Notes under the pieces: model-generated
What the model saw: the letters and a program-made list of their open reading frames with translations, nothing else
Databases searched by the model: none
What the model was told of the DNA's origin: nothing
Source of the DNA: Candidatus Poribacteria bacterium
Lineage (GTDB): Bacteria > Poribacteria > WGA-4E > PCPOR2b
Direction: 5' to 3'
DNA length: 64,000 nt
NCBI GenBank assembly: GCA_965218095.1
Contig: OZ244587.1
Location: 288,001-352,000 of the forward strand
Shown here: piece by piece, positions 19,027 through 29,241 of the stretch
Layout: each line of letters opens with the position of its first letter
Position numbering within the stretch: position 1 is the first letter of the stretch
Program-made: the position numbers and the translations under genes

Positions 19027-20381
19027 ATCGAAGAGTTTATGGCCTGGAAAATGAATATGGTATCATCTGCACGTCGGATCGGCGAGGTGGAAAAGCACTA
19101 TCGATCCAAAATGCCGTGATGTATCTCTTTCGTGAGATTATTTCCGGACGGATGTATCCAGACGTTTTCCTGGAGAATGGCGCTCGGTTTTACCAGGACA
19201 TCGGCTGCCACCCCGAATATGCGACGCCGGAGTGCGATAGCATGATCGATCTCGTTGCCCATGATAAAGCCGGTGAACGGATCATTGAACGGCTTTCTAT
19301 TTCGGCGGAGCGAAAAATGCGATCCGACGGGTTTCTCGGACGGATCTCCGTTTTCAAAAATAATACAGATACGCCCGGCAATACTTATGGCTGTCACGAG
19401 AACTACCTGATGGATCGCCGCGTGAGCTTTCGCCAGCTCGCTTCGCAGCTTATCCCCTTCTTTGTTACGCGCCAGGTCTTTGCAGGCGCAGGAAAAGTCA
19501 AACCAACCAACCACGGCGGATACGCAATCTCCCAGCGGGCGCAGCATATCCGCGAGGAGATTTCAATTGCAACGACGACCGCACGAGGCATCATCAATAC
19601 ACGCGATGAACCGCATGCAGACCGAGAGAAATATCGGCGGCTGCACGTGATTGTCGGCGATTCCAATATGTCGGAGTTTACCACCTACATCAAGGTTGGC
19701 ACGACGGCAATCGTCCTGCGTATGATCGAAGATAACTTTATCAAGCAGCGTTTGGCTTTGCGTGATTCCGTTCGGGCAATTCAGCAAATTTCGGAGGACA
19801 TAACCTGCACTCAAAAGATTGAATTGGAAAACGGTAAACGGCTTTCAGGCGTCGAACTCCAGTGGGAGTATCTGGAGTGTGCCAAGCGGTATTTTGAGGA
19901 GGTAGAATCGGATCCAATTACCGATCAGATTATGGCACGGTGGGAATATGTTTTGACCTGTTTGGAAACCGATCCCATGCAACTGGATCGAGAGCTCGAT
20001 TGGATAATCAAGAGAAAATTAATCGAAACCTATGTCATAAGCCGGCAACTCAAGTGGAATTCCGCAAAGGTCATGATGCTTGATCTCCAGTACCACAATA
20101 TTCGGCCAGAGTTTGGATTGTATTACAAGCTCGAAAAAGAGGGGTTCGTTGAACGAATTGTCACCGATGACAAGATTGAATATGCGATGCATCACCCGCC
20201 TGAAACCACCCGTGCGAAGTTCCGCGGGCGTTTTGTAAAACTGGCAAATGAGCGAAAGATTCTTTGTGGCGTTAATTGGAGCTATATCCAGCTTTACGAA
20301 CCCTACCAAAAACTCTTCCTTTCCACGGATCCCTTGCAAGCAGAATATGAAGAAGCCAGCCGGATGATTTATTCGATTTAG
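19023..20381 (+). CDS. pafA: Pup-protein ligase PafA
   Basis: GLENEYG, FLENGARFYQDIGCHPEYATPECD, YGCHENYL, TTRAKFRG. Confidence 0.95.
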   Translation: MNRRVYGLENEYGIICTSDRRGGKALSIQNAVMYLFREIISGRMYPDVFLENGARFYQDIGCHPEYATPECDSMIDLVAHDKAGERIIERLSISAERKMRSDGFLGRISVFKNNTDTPGNTYGCHENYLMDRRVSFRQLASQLIPFFVTRQVFAGAGKVKPTNHGGYAISQRAQHIREEISIATTTARGIINTRDEPHADREKYRRLHVIVGDSNMSEFTTYIKVGTTAIVLRMIEDNFIKQRLALRDSVRAIQQISEDITCTQKIELENGKRLSGVELQWEYLECAKRYFEEVESDPITDQIMARWEYVLTCLETDPMQLDRELDWIIKRKLIETYVISRQLKWNSAKVMMLDLQYHNIRPEFGLYYKLEKEGFVERIVTDDKIEYAMHHPPETTRAKFRGRFVKLANERKILCGVNWSYIQLYEPYQKLFLSTDPLQAEYEEASRMIYSI

Positions 20382-20408
20382 AGTGCTGTTCAAAATGAAG
20401 GCGAGGAA

Positions 20409-20891
20409 ATGACTGCCGTGTATACAGTAAAGATAGGAACGGTGTTCCTACTCGTCGCCGGGCTCATGTTTGGATGTGGAGGTGATGACGACGCAACAGG
20501 CCCCGATACAAACGGACATACGCATGGTTATGATGATGACCACGAATTTGAGGATGCCGTCAATGACCTCGGCTTGGTATTTGACAGCCCCGCGGATGGG
20601 GGGAGACCCAGGACCTCTTTTAACGTCAATATTTCACCTATCCTTACAAACGGATGCGCCATCGCAGGGTGCCATGTCGCCGGGGGACCGCGCGGTATTG
20701 ATCTCCGCACGTATGACACCCTCAAAGTGGGAGGAGAACATGCGGCTATCATTATTGCAGGCGATGTGAGAGAGAGCGAAGTCATCAAACAGATTGTTCA
20801 AGGCAAAATGCCTCCTGATGGGCCACCTCTGGAGGCAGACCAGATCCAGCTCATCATTGATTGGATTAATGAAGGCGCCGAGAATAACTAG
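20409..20891 (+). CDS. Lipoprotein with a planctomycete-type cytochrome c domain
   Basis: Lipobox MFGC, ISPIL...CAIAGCH, KMPP, WINEGA. Confidence 0.8.
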   Translation: MTAVYTVKIGTVFLLVAGLMFGCGGDDDATGPDTNGHTHGYDDDHEFEDAVNDLGLVFDSPADGGRPRTSFNVNISPILTNGCAIAGCHVAGGPRGIDLRTYDTLKVGGEHAAIIIAGDVRESEVIKQIVQGKMPPDGPPLEADQIQLIIDWINEGAENN

Positions 20892-21009
20892 ACCTTTTTG
20901 GTATCGTAGAAGCGGTTTCTGTCCGATTCACCCTCCCCAACATCTTCCGATAGAGGTGTAGGGGTTCGCCTAACTGATGAACACGTAGGTTCATCCCTAC
21001 TTACCAAGT

Positions 21010-21038
21010 ATCCCTCCCTTCGTGGAGGGATTTTCTTT
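21010..21038 (+). terminator. Likely Rho-independent terminator, preceded by a GTAGGG...CCCTAC REP-like palindrome
   Basis: TCCCTCC-CTTCGT-GGAGGGA followed by TTTTCTTT. Confidence 0.55.
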
Positions 21039-21188
21039 GTTCAACATCCTTTTGTTAATATCGTGGCAGTCGGAGATTAGTCATTGGACAGGGTGGGGAT
21101 AACCGAGCCACCCGATTGAAAGCAAGATAACACTTCTTAATCATATTGCTAAGGAAATGATGTTCCCGAATTATTAAGGAGGTCTTTA

Positions 21189-23822
21189 ATGTCTCAAGGT
21201 AAATATGTTTACTTCTTTGGTGGCGGCAAAGCTGATGGAAGTGCCGAAATGAGGAGCCTACTCGGCGGCAAGGGGGCAAACCTCGCCGAGATGACGAACC
21301 TCGGGGTACCAGTGCCCCCCGGCTTCACGATCTCCACTGAGGTTTGCAAGCTCTACTACAAAAACGAGAAACGCTATCCCATTGGGCTTGACGCACAAAT
21401 TGACGAGAACTTACAGAAATTGGAAGCGGCGATGGATGCGAGGTTCGGCGATACTGAGAATCCGTTGTTGCTTTCTGTCCGCTCCGGTGCGGCGGCCTCC
21501 ATGCCGGGGATGATGGATACGATTCTCAACCTCGGTTTGAACGATGATGCCGTGAAAGGGCTTATCGCCAAATCAGACAACGAAAGATTTGCTTACGATG
21601 CGTATCGCCGCTTCGTTCAGATGTTCGGGAACGTCGTCTTAGATGCCGACCACGCCGCATTTGAGCATCTGTTGGAAGCAAAGAAGGAGGCGAAGGGTGT
21701 TACGTTAGATACTGAACTTGATGCAACAGAGCTATCGGCACTCGTTGGCGAATTTAAACAGATTATCAAGCAGGTAACAGGACACGATTTCCCAGATGAA
21801 CCCCGGCAACAGTTGAATATGGCAAGAGATGCGGTCTTTGAGTCCTCTGGAAATGAACGGGCAACGATCTATCGCCGCCTCAACGATATTTCGGAAGAAC
21901 TCGGACGCACAGCCGTTAACGTACAGGCAATGGTTTTCGGGAATATGGGTGGCAACTCCGGCACCGGTGTCGCGTTTACCCGGAATCCGTCAACCGGTCA
22001 GGACCAGTTTTACGGCGAATTTTTGATGAACGCACAGGGCGAAGACGTTGTTGCCGGGATACGGACCCCGCTGCTAATCGCGGAGTTACAGCATATCTCA
22101 CCAAACGCCTATACAGAGTTGGTTAATATCGGACAAACGCTCGAAACACACTACCGGGACATGCAGGATGTAGAGTTCACGATCCAAGACGGACAGCTGT
22201 TTATATTACAGACGCGGAACGGCAAACGGACGGGGCAGGCGGCAGTCCGCATCGCTGTTGAGATGGTTGAAGAGGGCTTAATTGATAAAACGACCGCCCT
22301 CACCCGGGTGCCACCGAACGACCTTGACCAGCTATTGCACCCCCGCGTTGATGCCAACGCGCAGGTCGATATTATTGCGCAGGGCTTGCCAGCGTCGCCC
22401 GGGGCAGCTATCGGCAAAGTAGTCTTTACAGCAAACCGTGCCGAAGAACTTGCGTCCGCCGGCGAAAAGGTGATTTTAGTGAGAACTGAAACATCGCCAG
22501 AAGATATCGGCGGAATGGACGCCGCGGAAGGCATTGTCACGGCACGCGGCGGCATGACCAGCCATGCTGCGGTCGTCGCAAGAGGGATGGGAAAATGCTG
22601 TGTCGCTGGGTGCGGCGCACTCTTTATCAATGAAGAGGCGTTGGAATTTTACGCCGGCGGGAAACGGTACGCTGAGGGAGATTTCATCACACTGAACGGT
22701 TCGACAGGAGATGTTATTAGTGGGCAAGTCGCCCTGATACAGCCCGAATTGAGCGGGCACTTCGCAACGCTGATGGAATGGGCTGACGATGTCCGAACGC
22801 TTGAGGTTCGCACCAATGCAGATACACCCGACGATTCCCAAGCCGCCCGTGAGTTTGGAGCAGAAGGTATCGGGCTCTGCCGCACCGAACACATGTTTTT
22901 TGCCAGCGGGATCGACGCGGTGCGTGAGATGATCGTTGCCGACGACACCACAGGGCGTGAACAAGCGTTAGCGAAATTGCTCCCATACCAAAGATCAGAC
23001 TTCATCGGTATTTTTGAGGCAATGGCGGGCTATCCCGTCACCATCCGAACACTTGACCCACCGCTCCACGAATTTTTGCCGAAGACGAGCAACGAAATCG
23101 AGGAGCTCGCGACACGGATCAGGATACCGGTTCAGAAATTGCGTGAGCGGGTCGAAGAATTGGTGGAATTTAACCCGATGCTCGGACACCGTGGATGCCG
23201 ACTCGGGATCGCCTACCCTGAGATAACGCAAATGCAGGCGCGCGCGATCTTTGAAGCTGCTATTGATGTGACAAAACGCGGGATTCAGGTCCTACCTGAA
23301 ATTATGATCCCACTTGTCGGACATCTCAATGAGTTCAGCTTACAGCGCGAGGTCATCGTCGAGACCGCTGAAACTGTCTTTAAAGAACTCGGAACACGTG
23401 TAGAGTATCTCGTCGGCACGATGATTGAACTGCCGAGAGCCGCCTTAACAGCCGATAAAATCGCTGAAGAAGCGGAGTTCTTCTCTTACGGCACCAATGA
23501 TCTCACACAGACAGTCTTCGGGATGAGTCGTGATGACGCGGAAAAATTCCTCGGCGACTATGTGAGAAACGGCATCCTTGAATATGACCCATTCCAAGTG
23601 CTCGATCAGGCGGGTGTCGGTAGCCTGATGGAAATCGGTACCGAGAAAGGGCGTTCGACCCGATCTGACTTGAAAATCGGCATCTGCGGCGAGCACGGCG
23701 GCGAACCAAATTCCGTGAAGTTTTGCCACGGATTGGGATTCAACTATGTATCTTGTTCCCCATTCCGTGTGCCAATCGCCCGACTCGCTGCGGCGCAAGC
23801 TGCCATTACTGAAAAATCCTGA
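21189..23822 (+). CDS. ppdK: Pyruvate, phosphate dikinase
   Basis: LLGGKGANLAEM, SVRSGA, GGMTSHAAVVARG, GIGLCRTEHMF, ICGEHGG. Confidence 0.99.
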   Translation: MSQGKYVYFFGGGKADGSAEMRSLLGGKGANLAEMTNLGVPVPPGFTISTEVCKLYYKNEKRYPIGLDAQIDENLQKLEAAMDARFGDTENPLLLSVRSGAAASMPGMMDTILNLGLNDDAVKGLIAKSDNERFAYDAYRRFVQMFGNVVLDADHAAFEHLLEAKKEAKGVTLDTELDATELSALVGEFKQIIKQVTGHDFPDEPRQQLNMARDAVFESSGNERATIYRRLNDISEELGRTAVNVQAMVFGNMGGNSGTGVAFTRNPSTGQDQFYGEFLMNAQGEDVVAGIRTPLLIAELQHISPNAYTELVNIGQTLETHYRDMQDVEFTIQDGQLFILQTRNGKRTGQAAVRIAVEMVEEGLIDKTTALTRVPPNDLDQLLHPRVDANAQVDIIAQGLPASPGAAIGKVVFTANRAEELASAGEKVILVRTETSPEDIGGMDAAEGIVTARGGMTSHAAVVARGMGKCCVAGCGALFINEEALEFYAGGKRYAEGDFITLNGSTGDVISGQVALIQPELSGHFATLMEWADDVRTLEVRTNADTPDDSQAAREFGAEGIGLCRTEHMFFASGIDAVREMIVADDTTGREQALAKLLPYQRSDFIGIFEAMAGYPVTIRTLDPPLHEFLPKTSNEIEELATRIRIPVQKLRERVEELVEFNPMLGHRGCRLGIAYPEITQMQARAIFEAAIDVTKRGIQVLPEIMIPLVGHLNEFSLQREVIVETAETVFKELGTRVEYLVGTMIELPRAALTADKIAEEAEFFSYGTNDLTQTVFGMSRDDAEKFLGDYVRNGILEYDPFQVLDQAGVGSLMEIGTEKGRSTRSDLKIGICGEHGGEPNSVKFCHGLGFNYVSCSPFRVPIARLAAAQAAITEKS

Positions 23823-23948
23823 GCGGATGGTGTCTTGTCTAAACTATTTGCGAGTGACACATAATTAACTGTTCGTAGTGGCGCAATTCATTGCGCGTTA
23901 GGTTCGACGACGTTACCGTAGGCTTGATAACTTTTTTATGACAAAAAA

Positions 23949-26900
23949 ATGCCATCCCTCACCCTCAAACCCACCCACAAACCCATCAAAGCCTACTATG
24001 AATCGCTCAAGCAATTTGACCGGCTCAGCGTTACGCATGAAACCGCTGTCTGCTCGGCGTTCCAATTCCTACTCGAATACTGCGGACGGCAATTTAACTG
24101 GACCCTGGTGCCTGAACATTCGATAACCTCCCTTGATAAGAGGGGCCGGGGGGGTTCCGGTCAAAACAAGCGCATCGTCGTTGATGGCGCGTTGATTGAC
24201 GATTTCCAGTTGACCCACGGCTATTGGGAGGCGAAGGATATCCACGACGACCTGCCCTCTGAAGTGGCCCGCAAGTTTGAGGCGGGCTATCCCCGCGACA
24301 ACATCCTCTTCCAAACCCCACAACGTGCCATCCTTTGGCAGAACAATCAGCGCGTGCTCGATGCCGATCTGACCGATCCGACGCAACTGATCGAGACGAT
24401 CCAAACCTTCTTTGCCCACCGTCCGCAAGAATACGCCGAATGGGAGGAGGCGGTGTCACAGTTCAAAGGCAAAGTGCCCGTGCTTGGAGACAGCTTGGCA
24501 GCCCTGATCCAAAAGGAACGGGGGGCCAACCCCCGCTTTACCACAGCGTTTGGGGATTTTCATGAGAAGTGCCGTCAATCGATCAACCCCAATCTCTCCG
24601 AAGCGGCGGTTGAGGAGATGCTCATTCAACATCTGTTGACTGAGCGGATTTTCCGAACTGTCTTTAGCAATCCTGACTTCACCCACCGTAATGTCATCGC
24701 CCGCGAGATCGAGACCGTCATCAACGCGCTCACATCGCAGTCGTTTAGCCGCGATGATTTTCTCCAAAGCCTTGACCGTTTCTACATTGCAATTGAGCGG
24801 ACAGCGAAAACAATCAACGACTTCTCCCAAAAACAGGGGTTTCTCAACACAGTTTACGAGCAGTTTTTTCAAGGCTTTTCGGTCAAGGTCGCCGATACGC
24901 ACGGGGTTGTCTACACCCCGCAACCGATTGTCGATTTTATGGTGAGAAGCGTTGCGCACATCCTACAGACCGAATTTGGAGGCGGGCACCGGGGGCGGGC
25001 AGCCACAAGGGCTGCCCCTACGATTTCGGATAGGGATGTGCACATCATCGACCCGTTTGTGGGGACGGGCAATTTCATCGTGCGGACCATGCGCGAGATT
25101 CGCAGAACCGCGCTTGCGGAGAAGTACACAACCGAACTTCACTGCAACGAGGTGATGCTACTCCCGTACTACATCGCAAGCATGAACATCGAGCATGAGT
25201 TTTACGAGGCAATAGGTCGCTATCAGCCGTTTGAGGGGATTTGCCTTGTTGATACGTTTGATCTGGCGGAAAACCGACAGTTACCGCTTTTCGCTCCTGA
25301 GAATACCCGCCGCGTTGAGGAACAGAAGGGGACGCCGATGTTTGTGATTATCGGCAATCCGCCCTATAACGTCGGTCAGGTCAACGAAAACGACAACAAC
25401 AAAAATCGGAAATACGAGACGATGGACGGGCGGGTGAAGGATACCTATTCGCAAGACTCTCGTGCGACCAATAAAAACGCATTGGCCGATCCGTATGTGA
25501 AGGCAATTCGGTGGGCATCGGATCGGATTGGAGAGGAAGGGGTTGTCGCTTTTGTGACAAACAACAGTTTTCTTGACGGTGTGGCGTTTGATGGGGTACG
25601 AAAACACCTCGCAGACGATTTCGACGCGATTTACATTCTGGACTTGGGCGGGAATGCGCGGAAGGGATTGAAGGTCTCGGATGCCAATGTGTTCGGGATC
25701 CGGGTCGGCGTGAGCATCAACCTGTTTGTGAAGACCGTAGGGGACAGCCCCCGTGCTGTCCCGACAAAATCCCGTATCTTTTACTATCGCACCGATGACC
25801 TGTGGAACAAAAAACAGAAATTCGATTTTCTGAAGGAACGGCAACACATCGGCACTATCGAGTGGCAAACCATTCAACCGGATGCACGATACACATGGCT
25901 GACCGAAGGACTCCACGCCGAGTTTGAGACCTTTATCCCGATGGGGACCAAGAAAGCGAAAGCAGGAGATGATAAAAGTGTGATTTTTGAGATGTATAGC
26001 CGGGGGCTAGAGTCAACAAGAGATGCTTGGGTATACAATTTCGGTCGCAAAGGGTTGGTAGACAATGTTGATCGGTTTATAGGCACGTACAATTCAGAAG
26101 TCGATCGATGGCACAATCGTACAGATCGAAGTGTAAGTCTGGATGCATTCCTAACCACAGATGAAAGAACCATCAAATGGAGCAGCAATCTCAAGAGTTA
26201 TCTTAGGCAGAGACGTAAAGCCATATTTGAATCACAGAATATACGTGTGGCTTACTACCGACCATTCACGCGCCAGTTCCTGTTTTTTGATGAAGTTCTT
26301 AACCATCGTCAAGGACACTACCCCCGAATTTTTCCCACACCGGAGACCGAAACAGAAAATAGAGTGATGATCGTCAGCGACCACGGTTTCCGTGCAGGCT
26401 TCAATACTCTGATGGCGAATCTGATTCCCGACCTTCACACACTCGCGGCAAGTGACAGCTTTCAATGTTTCCCATTCTACACCTACGACGAGGACGGGGG
26501 GAACCGCCGGGAGAACATCACCGATTGGGCGTTGGCACAATTCCGGGCACATTACCGAGACGAGGCAATCACCAAGTGGGACATCTTTCATTATGTCTAC
26601 GCGCTCCTGCATCACCCGGAATATCAGGAGCGGTATCAGGCGAACCTCAAGCGGGACCTGCCGCGCCTGCCATACACGCCGGACTTCTGGGGGTTTGCCA
26701 AAGCAGGGGCACGGTTGGGGGAAATCCACATCGGCTATGAAGACATGGACGAATATCCGATCAAGAAGGTCGAAACGCCGGGGAAGCCCCTCGACTGGCG
26801 CGTCGAAAAGATGAAACTATCCAAAGACAAAACACAGCTTGTGTACAATGATTTCCTGACCCTCGACGGGATTCCCCCGAAGGCGTTTGAATATCGGCTT

Positions 26901-27098
26901 GGGAATCGGTCGGCGTTGGAATGGGTGATGGATCAGTATCGCGTCAAGACGGACAAGCGGACGCAAATCGTCAATGACCCGAACCGTGTGGATGACCCGC
27001 AGTACATCGTCAAGCTCATCGGGCGGGTGATTGCGGTCAGTTTGGAGACAGTGGGGATTGTGGAGGGGTTGCCGGAGTTGGGGATTTCTGACCAGTGA
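23949..27098 (+). CDS. Fused restriction-modification enzyme (nuclease + N6-A methyltransferase + LlaBIII/type ISP-like specificity domain, no helicase; type IIG-like)
   Basis: VDG...WEAKD nuclease motif, GVVYTP, DPFVGTGNF, GNPPY, TRDAWVYNF, YRPF, YRLGNRSALEWVMDQY. Confidence 0.9.
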   Translation: MPSLTLKPTHKPIKAYYESLKQFDRLSVTHETAVCSAFQFLLEYCGRQFNWTLVPEHSITSLDKRGRGGSGQNKRIVVDGALIDDFQLTHGYWEAKDIHDDLPSEVARKFEAGYPRDNILFQTPQRAILWQNNQRVLDADLTDPTQLIETIQTFFAHRPQEYAEWEEAVSQFKGKVPVLGDSLAALIQKERGANPRFTTAFGDFHEKCRQSINPNLSEAAVEEMLIQHLLTERIFRTVFSNPDFTHRNVIAREIETVINALTSQSFSRDDFLQSLDRFYIAIERTAKTINDFSQKQGFLNTVYEQFFQGFSVKVADTHGVVYTPQPIVDFMVRSVAHILQTEFGGGHRGRAATRAAPTISDRDVHIIDPFVGTGNFIVRTMREIRRTALAEKYTTELHCNEVMLLPYYIASMNIEHEFYEAIGRYQPFEGICLVDTFDLAENRQLPLFAPENTRRVEEQKGTPMFVIIGNPPYNVGQVNENDNNKNRKYETMDGRVKDTYSQDSRATNKNALADPYVKAIRWASDRIGEEGVVAFVTNNSFLDGVAFDGVRKHLADDFDAIYILDLGGNARKGLKVSDANVFGIRVGVSINLFVKTVGDSPRAVPTKSRIFYYRTDDLWNKKQKFDFLKERQHIGTIEWQTIQPDARYTWLTEGLHAEFETFIPMGTKKAKAGDDKSVIFEMYSRGLESTRDAWVYNFGRKGLVDNVDRFIGTYNSEVDRWHNRTDRSVSLDAFLTTDERTIKWSSNLKSYLRQRRKAIFESQNIRVAYYRPFTRQFLFFDEVLNHRQGHYPRIFPTPETETENRVMIVSDHGFRAGFNTLMANLIPDLHTLAASDSFQCFPFYTYDEDGGNRRENITDWALAQFRAHYRDEAITKWDIFHYVYALLHHPEYQERYQANLKRDLPRLPYTPDFWGFAKAGARLGEIHIGYEDMDEYPIKKVETPGKPLDWRVEKMKLSKDKTQLVYNDFLTLDGIPPKAFEYRLGNRSALEWVMDQYRVKTDKRTQIVNDPNRVDDPQYIVKLIGRVIAVSLETVGIVEGLPELGISDQ

Positions 27099-27122
27099 AG
27101 AATCAAAAGGAGTAATCCGTAG

Positions 27123-27974
27123 ATGAGTTATGATGCAAAAGTTTTTAATGTAATGATTGCTTCTCCTAGCGATGTTGCATCTGAAAGATCTATTGTCCGA
27201 GAAGTGATCTATGATTGGAATGCCGTTCATTCGGAAAGAGAAAGTATTGTATTGCTTCCCGTTGGATGGGAATCACATTCGTCTCCAGAAATGGGAGACA
27301 GAGCACAAGCAATTATAAATAGGCAAACGTTGGATAAATGCGACCTTTTAGTGGGGATATTTGGAACTCGAATAGGAACAGATACCGGTGAATACCCTAG
27401 TGGAACTATCGAAGAGATTGAACTGCACATTGATTCAGGGAAACCAGCGATGGTCTATTTCTCAAAGCAGCTTGGGGGTTCGGATAACTTCGATAAGAAT
27501 CAGTATGCCAAGCTCGAGGAACTGAGGAGGGACTACGAAGGTCGTGGTTTATATGAGATCTACGATGGCGATGCGGACTTTAAAGACAAGTTTTATCGTC
27601 AGCTTGAAATTAAAGTGAATGAGCATGAGGTTTTCCAGTTTCGAGATGAAGATATTAACTCTGGTATAGGGCTAGAGGAATCGGAAGGAAATATCCCTCG
27701 GTTAAGTGATGCGGCAAAAATTCTCCTAAAAGAGGCTAGTCGAGATAATCGTGGATATGTTATGTATGATGTTACCATGCAAGGAATTAGCATTGAGACT
27801 AATGATAAGAACATCATCCCTGATCGAAACCCTAGAATTGTGGCGCAATGGGTGGCAGCGCTGCAGGAATTGGTGGAGGCTTATCTTTTAGATAATAAAG
27901 GTCCCCGAGGTGAAATACTTCAAGTTACACCCCGCGGATACGAAATCGCTGATATGATTGAAGGGACAACATAA
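27123..27974 (+). CDS. DUF4062-like protein with a probable C-terminal winged helix
   Basis: VMIASPSDVASER...WN, CDLLVGIFGTRIGT, SGTIEEI; directly after the R-M gene. Confidence 0.75.
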   Translation: MSYDAKVFNVMIASPSDVASERSIVREVIYDWNAVHSERESIVLLPVGWESHSSPEMGDRAQAIINRQTLDKCDLLVGIFGTRIGTDTGEYPSGTIEEIELHIDSGKPAMVYFSKQLGGSDNFDKNQYAKLEELRRDYEGRGLYEIYDGDADFKDKFYRQLEIKVNEHEVFQFRDEDINSGIGLEESEGNIPRLSDAAKILLKEASRDNRGYVMYDVTMQGISIETNDKNIIPDRNPRIVAQWVAALQELVEAYLLDNKGPRGEILQVTPRGYEIADMIEGTT

Positions 27975-28162
27975 CAAGCGCATGCGTGCAGATGCCAATT
28001 TAGCTGTGCTGCATTACTGTGTATCTATGGAATAAAAAATCTATTTTGACAAGCCTTGCATACACATGTCGTCCCTCTGGGGCTGTGTTAGTTCATTTTT
28101 GTTGGGTTTCACGGTTCGCGTTCAACCCAACCTACAACGCTGTGATGTGTAGATGGATAGAG

Positions 28163-28242
28163 TCGCGATTCGGAGATCGCTCCTACAGGTTCTTGTCGTG
28201 ATTCGGAGGGTACGCCGTGTAGGAGGGAATTCCGATTCCCGA
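28163..28242. repeat. Pair of GTAG-type REP-like units
   Basis: TCGCGATTCGGAGATCGCTCCTAC and GTAGGAGGGAATTCCGATTCCCGA are imperfect inverted copies. Confidence 0.65.
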
Positions 28243-28273
28243 TTATTTCAATTCTCATTGGCGAAGGGGATTT

Positions 28274-28969
28274 ATGGAAAGATCAAATATCAAAGCACTC
28301 ACATTCGATCTATTCGGTACAATTTTGGATCTAGGAGGGAGCCTGACACCCTACATCGCGGAGTTCTTAAAGGCGAAAGGAGCTGAGGTGTCGCCGGATC
28401 GGTTTTGGGACCAATGGCGGGCGCGGCAGCGCATCGAGCAGTATCAGGACACCCTCGTGATGCTGGGGCATAGCGGCTATCTGGAAACAGTGCGCCGGGC
28501 ATTTGTTTACACGCTCAATTTGAATGGGATTCAAACGTCGAGTGATGAGGTGAAGGATTTCATGCGGTCTTGGGATCAACTCTCTCCGTTTCCTGAGGTC
28601 CTTCCGGCGTTAGAACGGCTCAAATCCCACTACCAGTTGGTGATTCTGTCGAACGGCGATCCGCACTTCCTCGACCATCTTGCAAACAATCGTGTCCAGT
28701 GGGATTTTGATGATATCATCTCGGTGACGGATGTCGGTGCGTTCAAGCCGCACCCCGCTGTCTACCGTTACGCTGCCATCAGTAGGCTCCGCCTTGAGGT
28801 GGGTGAGTGCCTGATGGTCTCCGCAAATTCGTTTGACGTGATGGGCGCGAAAGCCTGCGGTTACAAAGCCGCGTTTGTCAACCGCTATCAACTTCCGTAT
28901 GAGGATTTGCCGTATCTGCCGGATGTGACGGTTGCGGATTTCACGGAATTGGCGGATGTGCTGTTGTGA
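28274..28969 (+). CDS. Haloacid dehalogenase type II
   Basis: FDLFGTILD, LSNGD, FKPHPAVY, VSANSFDVMGA. Confidence 0.92.
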   Translation: MERSNIKALTFDLFGTILDLGGSLTPYIAEFLKAKGAEVSPDRFWDQWRARQRIEQYQDTLVMLGHSGYLETVRRAFVYTLNLNGIQTSSDEVKDFMRSWDQLSPFPEVLPALERLKSHYQLVILSNGDPHFLDHLANNRVQWDFDDIISVTDVGAFKPHPAVYRYAAISRLRLEVGECLMVSANSFDVMGAKACGYKAAFVNRYQLPYEDLPYLPDVTVADFTELADVLL

Positions 28970-29241
28970 GTTTGTCTGAATCGCGGATTGGGCGGATTAA
29001 AGGATTGCACGGATTAAATTGTCTGAATCGTGGGTTAAGCGGATTCGTACAAGATTTATTTCAGGAGTCACATATTGCTCCTTCCCGATAAGATCGGGAT
29101 TCAAAGCAACTGGAGCGAAAGGACATCTATACACCTATCGCCCCGTTGGGACTTTGGGTGGCAACTTGTGTTATGTTAATAACCTAAAAGGGTGAGGTAG
29201 ATGCGCTGCCTCAACACGAATATTATTACGGAGGTGAAGAG

